A DNA stretch of 64,000 nt from Acidobacteriota bacterium (GTDB lineage Bacteria > Acidobacteriota > UBA6911 > JACQSX01). Position 1 is the stretch's first letter, and every line of letters begins with the position of its first letter. Position numbers and translations under genes: made by a program. Location: positions 64,001 through 128,000 of the forward strand of contig DASXQR010000017.1 in the NCBI GenBank assembly GCA_036507075.1. Direction: 5' to 3'. This document shows positions 20,036-29,231 of the stretch, one piece after another. Below the pieces are notes generated by a model. That model was not told the DNA's origin, made no database searches, and saw only the letters and a program-made list of their open reading frames with translations.

Positions 20036-20716
20036 ATGAATATAAAGCGAATCATGGTTGGACTGGCCGTTGTGATACTCCTGATTGCAGGAGCTGGAGG
20101 CACCTACCTTTACCTGTTGAAAACGGCCAGGATCAAGTACAACCAGTACGACAGGCGCCGCGAGGGGAGTTTACGGGCGGGAGGCGCGGCGCCTGATGTC
20201 CGGTTGACTACTTTGCAGGGAACTCCACTACAGCTTTCCTCGCTCTGGAAAAGCAAGCCTCTGGTCGTGATCTTTGCGAGCTGCACCTGAAATCTCTTCC
20301 GAGGGAAGATCGTCGATCTTCTAAGTTTCTACGATCGTTACAAGGACCATGCAAACTTCCTGACGGTATACATTCTGGAGGCCCACCCCGAAGATGAATG
20401 GCCGTTGAAGGTGAACCGGCTTGCCGGGATTTCATACAAACAACCGACCACTCTGCAGGAACGGCGGAGCGGGGCCACACTGCTGATGCAGCGATTTCGG
20501 TATCGCATTCCTATTGCCATTGACGCGATGGATAATCGCGCGGAGGACCTTTTCGCCGCCTGGCCGGAACGTCTCTACATCATCAGTCCCGGTGGACGAA
20601 TTCTTTATAAAGGAAAAATGGGCCCATTCGGCTTCGATCCGAAAGAAGCCGAGAAGGTGCTTGAGGCGAGTTTGCCACGAAGCCACGAAGGCACAAAGGC
20701 AGTTCTTTTCTATTGA
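20036..20716 (+). CDS. Iodothyronine deiodinase-like selenoprotein (in-frame UGA at 20288-20290 read as Sec), 226 aa
   Basis: ORFs 19994-20290 and 20405-20716 share a frame with only this TGA between them: KPLVVIFASCT-U-NLF...FLTVYILEAHPEDEW...IDAMDN...FAAWPERLYII...YKGKMGPFGF. Confidence 0.9.
20304..20322 (+). promoter_or_regulatory. Candidate bacterial SECIS hairpin
   Basis: G-GAAGATC-GTC-GATCTTC-T: 7-bp stem plus G.U; loop starts with G, 21 nt after the UGA. Confidence 0.65.
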
Positions 20717-20799
20717 AGTGAAACTTTTTTACAACTCAACCCTTATTCGCAGAAGTGTCACGTTCGACTGTATCGTCAACTTCGTGGCTTCGGGGCAAA
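20671..20799. repeat. Palindromic element with CCACGAAG octamer arms
   Basis: TTTGCCACGAAGCCACGAAG pairs with CTTCGTGGCTTCGGGGCAAA (one mismatch); left arm lies inside the selenoprotein 3' end. Confidence 0.85.
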
Positions 20800-20837
20800 T
20801 CCGCGCCTTCCGGTCGAGGCTCTGTCGCTGCTTGTGA

Positions 20838-21932
20838 TCAGATAAACTTCAGGTTTCGCTCAAAGTCGTCAGGGCTGGTGGCGTTCCGCTTGGCTTCATC
20901 AAGGGAGATGTTGCCCGCTTTGTAAAGCTCCATCAGATGCTGGTCGAAAGTCTGCATTCCGTAGGGATCTTTACCGGTTTTCATGAACTCGTAGATAGCA
21001 TCCGTTTTTTCAGGATTCTCGATGCAGTCTCGAACAGCCAGCGTGTTGCGCATGATTTCAATGGCCACAATGCGTCCCGGTATGTCCAGTCTGGTCAGCA
21101 GGCGCTGCGAGATAATGGCCTTCATGGATTCGGAAAGCCGCAGCCGCATCAGTTTCTGCTCGCTCAGGTCAAAATAGGAGACGATTCTTTGGATGGTTTT
21201 GGCGGTGTCGGTGGTATGCAGCGTGCTCAGCACCAGGTGACCGGTCTCTCCCGCCCTTAGCGCGGTTTCAATCGTTTCGCGGTCGCGCATTTCGCCCACG
21301 AGAATCACATCCGGGTCCTGACGGAGGCTGGCGCGCATGGCACGCGCGAAACTCTCGGTGTCTATGCCGACTTCACGCTGCACAACGGAGGCCTTTTTAT
21401 TCTCGTGCAGGAATTCAATCGGGTCTTCGATGGTGATGATCTTTCCTCCCTTGAGCTTGTTGATATAGTCAACCATCGCCGCCAGCGTGGTTGACTTTCC
21501 ACTTCCGGTGATCCCTGTTACCAGGATCAGGCCACGTTCCTCCATGGCTATTTCTGCCAGGACCGGGGGGAGATTGAGCTCTTCAAAGCCGGGGATGCGG
21601 TTGGGAATGTTCCGAAGAACCAGCGAAAGAGTGCCGCGCTGGCAACAGATGTTCACGCGGAAACGGCCCAACCCTGTAATGGAATAAGACAAATCCTCAT
21701 CACTCATCTGAGTGATCACGTCGCGGACGTTTTCAGGAGTGGCTTTGCGAGACTTGAGCAGAATCTTGGCCGCAAACTTGGCCGTATCCTGCGCGGTGAG
21801 AGCCTGGCCGCCGTTTTGCGCAATTATGTCGCCGTGAATGCGGTATTGGCACGGTACTCCGACGGAGAGGTGCACGTCAGAAGCGTTCAGTTCCACGGCA
21901 CGCTTTAGAAGCAAATCGAGATTATCTTCCAT
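20838..21932 (-). CDS. PilT/PilU family type IV pilus ATPase
   Basis: ASDVHL, GRFRVN, GITGSGKSTT, TIEDPIE, LRQDPDVILVGEMRD, GMQTFDQ. Confidence 0.93.
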   Translation of the reverse strand: MEDNLDLLLKRAVELNASDVHLSVGVPCQYRIHGDIIAQNGGQALTAQDTAKFAAKILLKSRKATPENVRDVITQMSDEDLSYSITGLGRFRVNICCQRGTLSLVLRNIPNRIPGFEELNLPPVLAEIAMEERGLILVTGITGSGKSTTLAAMVDYINKLKGGKIITIEDPIEFLHENKKASVVQREVGIDTESFARAMRASLRQDPDVILVGEMRDRETIETALRAGETGHLVLSTLHTTDTAKTIQRIVSYFDLSEQKLMRLRLSESMKAIISQRLLTRLDIPGRIVAIEIMRNTLAVRDCIENPEKTDAIYEFMKTGKDPYGMQTFDQHLMELYKAGNISLDEAKRNATSPDDFERNLKFI

Positions 21933-22677
21933 TTAAACCTTCTTCCAGAACTTTGATCACGTCTTTGGCCGAGGGTTCCTGGGCCACAAGATCGACACGC
22001 AGCCTGAGTTCGCGCATACGCCGCTCGGTGATCGAACCGACCGCACAGAGCCGGACATCACTTTCATTCCAGCACACCGGAGCGCTTGTGGCAAAAACTT
22101 CCGCAGCCGAACCGCTCATGAAAACTACTGCATCGGTCCGGGACCAGCGGATTCCCTTCAGGACGCTCACGCCGGTCGGATCGGGCATGGTCCGATATAA
22201 AGGGACCTGGGTCACAACCGCTCCCTGTTTTTCCAGTGCCGCCGGAAGCACATCGCGGGTCCGTTCGGCCACAAACAGGGCAATCGGTTCTCCTTTGATC
22301 GGTTCTTTCTCAAACGCGTTGGCCAAACCCTCGGAATCCGCGCGAGTGGGCACCAGCGATACTTTCCAACCGAATTCATTCACTGCCGCAGCCGTTGCAG
22401 GCCCGATGACGGCGACGCGCACCGTCTGCGGCAAATGTAACCTTAAAAGGGACAAGCGTTGTTGAAAATACCTTACTCCGTTTGTGCTGGTGAACACAAT
22501 CCAACCAAAACGGCCCAGATCTGCCAGTTGCAAATCCGTGTTTTCGCTGTGGATGGGCTCGGTCTGGATCAATGGCGCAACCCGCACGCTGGCCCCTTTT
22601 TCGGTCAGTTCCCGCAGTAATCCGGCGCACTGCCGCCTGGCTCTGGTGAGAACGATATTCTTGCCCTGCAAGCTCAT
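21922..22677 (-). CDS. hemD: Uroporphyrinogen-III synthase
   Basis: IVLTR, WIVFTSTNGV, VIGPATA, LYRT, FMSGSA; follows hemC. Confidence 0.92.
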   Translation of the reverse strand: MSLQGKNIVLTRARRQCAGLLRELTEKGASVRVAPLIQTEPIHSENTDLQLADLGRFGWIVFTSTNGVRYFQQRLSLLRLHLPQTVRVAVIGPATAAAVNEFGWKVSLVPTRADSEGLANAFEKEPIKGEPIALFVAERTRDVLPAALEKQGAVVTQVPLYRTMPDPTGVSVLKGIRWSRTDAVVFMSGSAAEVFATSAPVCWNESDVRLCAVGSITERRMRELRLRVDLVAQEPSAKDVIKVLEEGLNGR

Positions 22678-23558
22678 GTCCGGATGCGCTGCTTGACTAA
22701 CAACAGCATCATTTTATCCGCCACTTCTGCGGCTGAACTGCCTGACACCTCTCCCCAAATCGGGGCTGACCCATCCGGTCTCGCCACCATTGCCTTCAGC
22801 ACCAGGCGATCGTCTTTCCAGCTCGCGAACGCCCCCAATGGATAGCGACACCCTCCGCCCAGATTCTGCAAAAGCAGGCGCTCGGCCGATGTGGCCGTAC
22901 GCGTTTCCGGATGATCGAGCTGACTGAGGATCTCCCGCAATCGCGTATTTTCTTCATGTACTTCGACTGCCAGAGCGCCTTGGCCGGGCGCCGGGATCAT
23001 CTCGTCGATTTCCAGTTGTTTTGAAATATGTCTTTCCATTCCCAGGCGGTGCACTCCCGCGTATGCCAGAATTACCGCTTCCAGATGGCCGTCCTGAACC
23101 TTCCTGATTCGTGTTTCCACATTTCCGCGAAGCTCCTGGCACTGGATATCAGACCGAATCGACCGCAATTGCGTGATTCTGCGCAAGCTGCTTGTGCCGA
23201 CTTTCGCTCCGGCCGGCAGATCCTGGATTGAATGGGCCCGGCGCGCAATCAGCACGTCGCGTGGGTTTTCACGCTCCAGAATCGCACCTACAGTCAGCCC
23301 CGCCGGCTGGGCGGTGGGAAGGTCTTTAAGGCTGTGAACCGCCAGGTCAATGTCTCGCCGCAGCAGGGCCTCCTCGATCTCCTTGACAAAAATCCCTTTG
23401 CCAGGAATCTCCAGGAAGCGATTGCGGTTTATGTCGCCGGTGGTCTTGATCACCTCGATTTCGCACTCCAGATCAAACCGGGACAGCCGCTCAATTACGG
23501 AACGCGCCTGCCACAACGCCAGATTGCTGCCACGCGAGCCGACCTTAATCTTCTTCAT
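22674..23558 (-). CDS. hemC: Hydroxymethylbilane synthase
   Basis: GSRGSNLALWQA, AVHSLKDLP, GTSSLRR, LRGNVETRI, LGGGC; start MKKIK at 23558. Confidence 0.96.
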   Translation of the reverse strand: MKKIKVGSRGSNLALWQARSVIERLSRFDLECEIEVIKTTGDINRNRFLEIPGKGIFVKEIEEALLRRDIDLAVHSLKDLPTAQPAGLTVGAILERENPRDVLIARRAHSIQDLPAGAKVGTSSLRRITQLRSIRSDIQCQELRGNVETRIRKVQDGHLEAVILAYAGVHRLGMERHISKQLEIDEMIPAPGQGALAVEVHEENTRLREILSQLDHPETRTATSAERLLLQNLGGGCRYPLGAFASWKDDRLVLKAMVARPDGSAPIWGEVSGSSAAEVADKMMLLLVKQRIRT

Positions 23559-24816
23559 CGGAGACACTGAAGATTTCCGACAGTACCCGGGATGTCTCCT
23601 GGGGATGCTTTCGCAGCCTTTCGATGAAGGGATGGGAAATTTTGTTTGAAATACGCTGTGCCATGTTCTGGAACATGTCTTCTGATTCCGGAGGCAGCCG
23701 GGGAAGACGATTGACAGTGCGCACCACCTCCTCTTCGCAGATCCGGCGAATTGCTTCCCGCAAGCCGACAATGATCGAAGAGCTCTCCCTGATGTTCGTT
23801 TCCCGCAGAAAAGACTCCACTTCGGAATCCACGATCTGTTCGGCGGCCACGGCTTCACCGGCGCGGCCCTGACGGTTGCTATCCGAAACGCTCTTCAGAT
23901 CGTCAATGTCGTAGAGGAATATGTTGTCGAGCTGGTTCACGTTCGGATCGACGTTTCGGGGAACTGAAATATCGATAATGAAGATGGGAGCGTTTTTTCT
24001 CTGGCGAACCACCTGCGCCATATCGGCCTGCTCGATAATGAAGTGGGGCGCGCTGGTGGAGACAATCACAATGTCGGAAGCCACCAGCGCCTCCTTCAAA
24101 TTTTGAAAGGGAAGGGGCTTTCCTCCCACAGAGTGCGCAAGCTGCAACGCCTTTTCGGGACGGCGGCTGGAAACCCACACCCGCCCGATGCCGCTCTTCA
24201 GGAGTTGGCGCGAGGTGAGCTGGCCCATTTTTCCCGCGCCTACCAGAAGAATCGACTTGCCCTCCAGTTTGTCGAATATTTTCTTGGCTAACTCCACGGC
24301 TACCGCGCCGATGCTGATCGAGGCGGCTGAGATTTCCGTTTCCGAACGAACTTTCTTTGCGACACGAAAAGCGCGCGGGAAGAGGTCTCTCAGCACCGGC
24401 CCTGCCGTGCCGAAATCACAGGCACGCGAGAACGCTTCCTTGACCTGGCCGAGAATCTGTGCCTCGCCTACGACCATGGAATCCAGGCTGCTGGCCACGC
24501 GAAACAGATGCCGCACCGCATCCTGGGCGGCGTACTGATACAGGTAAGGCTCCAGGGTCGCAGTCGAAAGACCATGATACCTGGCCACGAATTCTTTGAG
24601 TCTTTCGAAGGCGGCGTTTTGTTCTTCGGCGGCGGCGATGATTTCCACGCGGTTGCAGGTAGAAAGGATCACGGCCTCCGAAACACCGCCCAGGCCGACC
24701 AGATCCCTGAGAGCGCTGTCCATTTTGTCCGAATTGAACGCAAGGCGCTCGCGGACTTCAACCGGGGCCATGCGGTGGTTGGTACCAACCAGGATGAGCT
24801 TCACGTCAGAAGGCAT
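23545..24816 (-). CDS. hemA: Glutamyl-tRNA reductase
   Basis: LSTCNRVE, SSLDSMVVGEAQILGQVK, GAGKMG, DISVPRNVD. Confidence 0.97.
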   Translation of the reverse strand: MPSDVKLILVGTNHRMAPVEVRERLAFNSDKMDSALRDLVGLGGVSEAVILSTCNRVEIIAAAEEQNAAFERLKEFVARYHGLSTATLEPYLYQYAAQDAVRHLFRVASSLDSMVVGEAQILGQVKEAFSRACDFGTAGPVLRDLFPRAFRVAKKVRSETEISAASISIGAVAVELAKKIFDKLEGKSILLVGAGKMGQLTSRQLLKSGIGRVWVSSRRPEKALQLAHSVGGKPLPFQNLKEALVASDIVIVSTSAPHFIIEQADMAQVVRQRKNAPIFIIDISVPRNVDPNVNQLDNIFLYDIDDLKSVSDSNRQGRAGEAVAAEQIVDSEVESFLRETNIRESSSIIVGLREAIRRICEEEVVRTVNRLPRLPPESEDMFQNMAQRISNKISHPFIERLRKHPQETSRVLSEIFSVSDEED

Positions 24817-25609
24817 GCATTCCCTTGAAGTAATTCGCTCCCAGGAAGGTAAAGAGCACCGAAATAAAACCGATTACATTTACAATCGCGGCGCGTTTTC
24901 CTCTCCAGCCCGCCGCCAACCGGCAGTGGATCAGAAAGAGATAGATCAGCCAGGTAACCAGTGCGGCAATCTCCTTGGGATCCCATCCCCAGTATCGCCC
25001 CCATACACGCTCAGCCCAGATTGCGCCTGTAAGAATGCCAAGCGTCATGGTAACAATACCCGTCAGAAGGGAACCGACCAGCAGGCGGTCAAGGGCCTGC
25101 AGCGACGGAAGCTTCCCCGGAAAACTCTTCATCCGTTTTGTCTTCAGCGAATGCTCCTGCAGGAGGTACAGGATGCTGGCGATGAATGTAAGAAAGAATG
25201 CGGCATATGCGATCAGGACCAGCACCATATGCATCAACACCCAGTATCCTCGCCAGCCGGGAGGTAGCGGCTGGCGTTCCAGCGAGCCGGCAATCAACAT
25301 GAAAACGGAAACCAACGGCAGGACAAACACGGCCAGAAGCTTAACTCTGTATCTGAAGTAGGAGATGAAGAAGCTTAATGTAACCAGCCAGGAAAAAAAG
25401 GAAAAAGCCTCTCGCGAGGTGTAAACCGGCAGCCGGCGCGTTTCAATAGTGAGGCTGGCCAAAGAGATCGTGTGGCACAGAAAGCCCGCCCCCAGGAACC
25501 ACAGCGCCAGTCGAGACAAGCCTTCCTTTTTGCCGCGCAGGCTGATCAGCGACAGGAGCAGGCCTCCCAGATAAAAACAAACTGCCAGAATGAAGCTGAG
25601 GAGCATCAC
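24806..25609 (-). CDS. ccsA: Cytochrome c biogenesis protein CcsA family
   Basis: Multi-TM; GAIWAERVWGRYWGWDPKE (WWD domain). Confidence 0.9.
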   Translation of the reverse strand: MMLLSFILAVCFYLGGLLLSLISLRGKKEGLSRLALWFLGAGFLCHTISLASLTIETRRLPVYTSREAFSFFSWLVTLSFFISYFRYRVKLLAVFVLPLVSVFMLIAGSLERQPLPPGWRGYWVLMHMVLVLIAYAAFFLTFIASILYLLQEHSLKTKRMKSFPGKLPSLQALDRLLVGSLLTGIVTMTLGILTGAIWAERVWGRYWGWDPKEIAALVTWLIYLFLIHCRLAAGWRGKRAAIVNVIGFISVLFTFLGANYFKGMHAF

Positions 25610-25749
25610 GAAACCGTTGAAAAGAAAAGCAATTATAGCACTCCTTTGTGTTTGCAGCGGCCATTTGCTATAGTCGCCTGGCGGGTTCTTACTGGTTTCC
25701 TCACAGATCGTTCCCTGGTGCGAACCCTTTGGGGGGTACTGCGATTTCT

Positions 25750-26400
25750 CTGGCGAATCTGGATCTGGCGCACGTCTTAATTTCGCTTGTCGTTTTGCTG
25801 TTTTCGCTCAGCATTCATGAATCCGCGCATGCCTGGACCGCCGATCGTCTGGGCGATCCCACAGGCCGCCACTTGGGCCGGGTTTCTTTGAACCCGATTG
25901 TTCATATCGATCCCATCGGAACGGTTCTTTTCCCACTGATTGCTGCGATTACCGGAATACCGCTTATCGGCTGGGCCAAGCCGGTTCCTGTCAATCTCCT
26001 CAACTTAAGAAACCCGAGACGCGACCACGTTTACATTGCGGCTGCCGGGCCGGCAGTCAATTTGATCGCCGGGGTCATTTTCCTCGTGCTGTTGAGAATC
26101 ATCCTCGCCACCTACGGGCAGGTTGGAATCGGCAGTACCGGGATCATCACTCCGGTCTTCAAGCTCCTGCTCCAGGGGGTCTTCGTGAATTTTCTGCTGG
26201 CCATTTTTAATCTCATTCCGATTCCGCCTCTGGACGGAAGCTGGATACTCTCGGGTGTTCTGCCGCTTCGGTTGTCAAACGCGTACAATCGACTCAGACC
26301 GTACGGCGGTTTTCTGCTGATGGCTCTGGTTTATACCCGCGCGTTGAATGTGGTTTTTCAACCGTTGGTGGATACTCTGGAGCTGTTGATTCAGATCTAA
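25750..26400 (+). CDS. Site-2 protease (M50) family membrane metalloprotease
   Basis: HESAH, AAAGPAVN, FNLIPIPPLDG; start uncertain. Confidence 0.92.
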   Translation: MANLDLAHVLISLVVLLFSLSIHESAHAWTADRLGDPTGRHLGRVSLNPIVHIDPIGTVLFPLIAAITGIPLIGWAKPVPVNLLNLRNPRRDHVYIAAAGPAVNLIAGVIFLVLLRIILATYGQVGIGSTGIITPVFKLLLQGVFVNFLLAIFNLIPIPPLDGSWILSGVLPLRLSNAYNRLRPYGGFLLMALVYTRALNVVFQPLVDTLELLIQI

Positions 26401-26409
26401 AGGCAAAGC

Positions 26410-27189
26410 ATGGAAGAACAAGGCCCCGCTGCCCCGATGGAATCCGGCACCGCCTTTCAAGACGAGACCGCCGAAGAAACGCCTGAAGTACTGAAAGTCA
26501 AGCTCGATATCTTTGAAGGTCCGCTCGATCTGCTCTTGCACCTTATCAGGAAAGAAGAGATCGACATTTACGACATCCCGATCGCGCGCATCACCGAGCG
26601 GTACCTGGAATACCTGCAGATGATGCAGGATTTGAACATCAACGTGGCCGGCGAATGGCTGGTAATGGCGTCAACCCTGATCCTGATCAAGAGCAGGATG
26701 CTTCTGCCTCCCGATCCGGAAGCTCCTGGAACCCCGGAGGAAGAAGACCCGCGAATGCCGTTGGTGCAGCAACTGCTCGAACACCAGAAATTCAAGAATG
26801 CGGCGCAGATGCTTTATGAACGCGAGACGATCGAGCTGGCGGTGTGGGAAAATCCAAAAACGGAATTCAGGGAAGAAGAAGAGGAGTTGATTTCGGCGAC
26901 GGTTTTCGACCTGATAAAGTCCTTCCACGCGGTGGTGCAGCGCTTCCAGGACAAGATTGTATTGGAAGTCGAGCATGACACGGTCACCCTTGAACAGAAG
27001 CTGCTGGAGCTTCGGAGCCTTCTGGCCCTGCAGCCGACCCTGTACTTTTCCAGTTTTTTTGAGCGCAAGATCAGCAAGCTGCACCTGATTGTGACATTTC
27101 TGGCACTGCTGGAAATGGTGCGCCTGCGTGAGATACTGGTCTACCAGGACCGGATCCACAGCGATATAAAAATTGTCAAAGTGGCATGA
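26410..27189 (+). CDS. scpA: Segregation and condensation protein A
   Basis: FEGPLDLLLHLI, LIKSRMLLP, VTFLALLEM. Confidence 0.96.
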   Translation: MEEQGPAAPMESGTAFQDETAEETPEVLKVKLDIFEGPLDLLLHLIRKEEIDIYDIPIARITERYLEYLQMMQDLNINVAGEWLVMASTLILIKSRMLLPPDPEAPGTPEEEDPRMPLVQQLLEHQKFKNAAQMLYERETIELAVWENPKTEFREEEEELISATVFDLIKSFHAVVQRFQDKIVLEVEHDTVTLEQKLLELRSLLALQPTLYFSSFFERKISKLHLIVTFLALLEMVRLREILVYQDRIHSDIKIVKVA

Positions 27190-27199
27190 GGGGTCAGGT

Positions 27200-27805
27200 A
27201 TGGAAAAGTCTGAATTGAAACAGATTTTGCAGGCGCTGGTTTTTGTTGCCGACGAGCCGCTAACCCTGAACCAGCTTCGCGAAGTTTTCCCCGACGAAGA
27301 CGTCGCATTGCTGAAGGACTCCATGGAAGAGATGATTCGTGAGTTCAACGAGTTTCACAAGGGGATGGAGATCCGCGAAATCGCAAGCGGGTACCGGATC
27401 TCCACGCGTCCGGAACATCATGAATGGGTACGTCGCTACCTGAAGACAAAACCATCTGCCAAGCTTTCGCTTGCCGCGCTTGAGACCCTGGCTGTAATCG
27501 CCTACAAACAGCCTGTGACCTTTCCCGAGATCCTCGAGATTCGCGGCATCAAGTCCAGCACCGCCGTCAAGACTCTCCTGGACAAAAAGCTTATCGAAAC
27601 CCGGGGTCGCAAGAAGGTGGTTGGCCGGCCGATCCTGTATGGAACCTCGACGGACTTTCTGGTGCACTTCGGCTTAAAAGATCTGGCCGAGCTCCCGACG
27701 CTGGAAGAATTCGAGGAGCTGTTGCATGCAGAGACGGGATCCGTGTCCGAAATAACCCCACGCGGATTCAACGGCGACGAGCAGGACTCGGCCGAACCGA
27801 AATAA
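27200..27805 (+). CDS. scpB: Segregation and condensation protein B
   Basis: LSLAALETLAVIAYKQPVT, GRPILYGT, FGLKDLAELP. Confidence 0.96.
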   Translation: MEKSELKQILQALVFVADEPLTLNQLREVFPDEDVALLKDSMEEMIREFNEFHKGMEIREIASGYRISTRPEHHEWVRRYLKTKPSAKLSLAALETLAVIAYKQPVTFPEILEIRGIKSSTAVKTLLDKKLIETRGRKKVVGRPILYGTSTDFLVHFGLKDLAELPTLEEFEELLHAETGSVSEITPRGFNGDEQDSAEPK

Positions 27806-27807
27806 CT

Positions 27808-28202
27808 GTTGTCGGGTTATCGGGTTGCGAGTTGTCGGGTTGTCGGGTTGCGAGTTAGTTACGGGTTGTCGGGTTACGAGTTGCGGGTTGTCGAATTGCG
27901 GGTTGTCGAGTTACGGGTTGGGGGGTTACGAGTTGTCGGGTTGTCGAATTGCGGGTTGTCGAGTTACGAGTTGGCGAGTTGCGATTTTCTGTTGGCCAAT
28001 TTGGAAGCTCAGTATTGGAACACTTCGAACCTAATTCTTGATTCTCAATCTTCGGATTCGACAACCCGTAACCCGACAACCCATAACCCGACAACCCGTA
28101 ACCCGACAACTCGCAACCCGACAACTCGCAACCTGACAACCCGACAACCCATAACCCGACAACCCGTAACTCGGCAACCCGTAACTCATAACTCGCCAAC
28201 CC
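27808..28202. repeat. Inverted 7/8-mer array element (CGGGTTGT/CGAGTTA ... ACAACCCG) with ~80-bp core
   Basis: Long arrays in inverted orientation; core nearly identical to that in 28944-29197. Confidence 0.92.
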
Positions 28203-28203
28203 C

Positions 28204-28938
28204 ATGCTTGCTCGCCTTCAGAAGATAATCGCCGCAGCCGGAATCGCGTCGCGCCGCAAAGCGGAAGATCTGATCGTTCAGGGTCAGGTGACGGTTAACG
28301 GGCGCGCGGCCTGCCTTGGCGACAAGGCGGATCCCGAGACGGATTCTATCAAGGTTGCCGGCAGGAGAATTCAACCGGAAAGGAAGGCCTATATTGCGCT
28401 TAACAAGCCGAAGAATTTTCTCAGCACCGTTTCTGATCCTCAAGGCCGGCCTGGCGTGCTGGATCTGGTCAAGGTGCGTGAACGAGTCGTACCGGCGGGT
28501 AGATTGGACTACCAGAGTGAAGGTCTGATGATTCTGACCAATGACGGCGATCTCACGCGCGCCATCACGCGGGCCGGAAATTGTCCCAAAGTCTATCTTG
28601 TCAAGATCAGGGGCTCTCTGAACGAAGAGGATCGCCAAAAACTGGAGTCCGGGGTGGTGCTGGATGGAAGGAAGCTGTCATCCTGTCAAATTGTGCCGCA
28701 CAAACTTGCAGAAAACAGTTGGTATCGCGTGACGCTTTTTCAGGGAGTGAATCGCCAGATACGACGAATGTTTGAAAAGCGCCGTTACCGTGTGACCAAA
28801 ATCAAACGCATCGCGATCGGACCGGTGAAACTGGGGTCTTTGAAACCAGGCCAGTTTCGCTCGCTGACTGCCCAGGAAATCGCGGGACTGAAGAAGAGCG
28901 TTGAGGGCCGGTTGACGAAATTGCGCGATACCAGCTGA
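28204..28938 (+). CDS. rluB: rRNA pseudouridine synthase (RluB/RsuA family, S4 domain)
   Basis: RLQKIIAAAGIASRRKAE, LNKP, GRLDYQSEGLMILTNDG, GVNRQIRRM. Confidence 0.88.
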   Translation: MLARLQKIIAAAGIASRRKAEDLIVQGQVTVNGRAACLGDKADPETDSIKVAGRRIQPERKAYIALNKPKNFLSTVSDPQGRPGVLDLVKVRERVVPAGRLDYQSEGLMILTNDGDLTRAITRAGNCPKVYLVKIRGSLNEEDRQKLESGVVLDGRKLSSCQIVPHKLAENSWYRVTLFQGVNRQIRRMFEKRRYRVTKIKRIAIGPVKLGSLKPGQFRSLTAQEIAGLKKSVEGRLTKLRDTS

Positions 28939-28943
28939 AGTCA

Positions 28944-29197
28944 TCGGTCACAGTGGGTTACGGGCTATCGAGTTGCGGGTTGTCGGGTTACCGGTTGTCG
29001 GGTTACGGATTGTCGGATCACGAGTTGCGGGTTGTCGAGTTACGGGTTGTCGGGTTGCGATTTTCTGTTGGCCAATTTGGAAGCTCAGTATTAGAATACT
29101 TCAAACCTAATTTTGATTTTCAATCTTCGAATTCGACAACCCGTAACCCGACAACCCGTAACCCGCAACTCGGCAACCCGTAAACAGTGTGACCGAC
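28944..29197. repeat. Second copy of the CGGGTTGT/ACAACCCG element
   Basis: Same core; terminal inverted TCGGTCACA...TGTGACCGA. Confidence 0.92.
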
Positions 29198-29231
29198 GTT
29201 ATACCGCGTAGAGTCGGTTTATAATCTAGCC

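Noticed and set aside
27809..28228. ORFs made of repeat translations (also 28953-29183, 34623-34887, 8023-8272, 18405-18719, 60902-61257)
   Set aside because: Low-complexity translations of the repeat arrays
27980..29136. DGR template/variable repeat pair
   Set aside because: Differences include both A/G and T/C, neither copy is in a credible gene, and no reverse transcriptase is present
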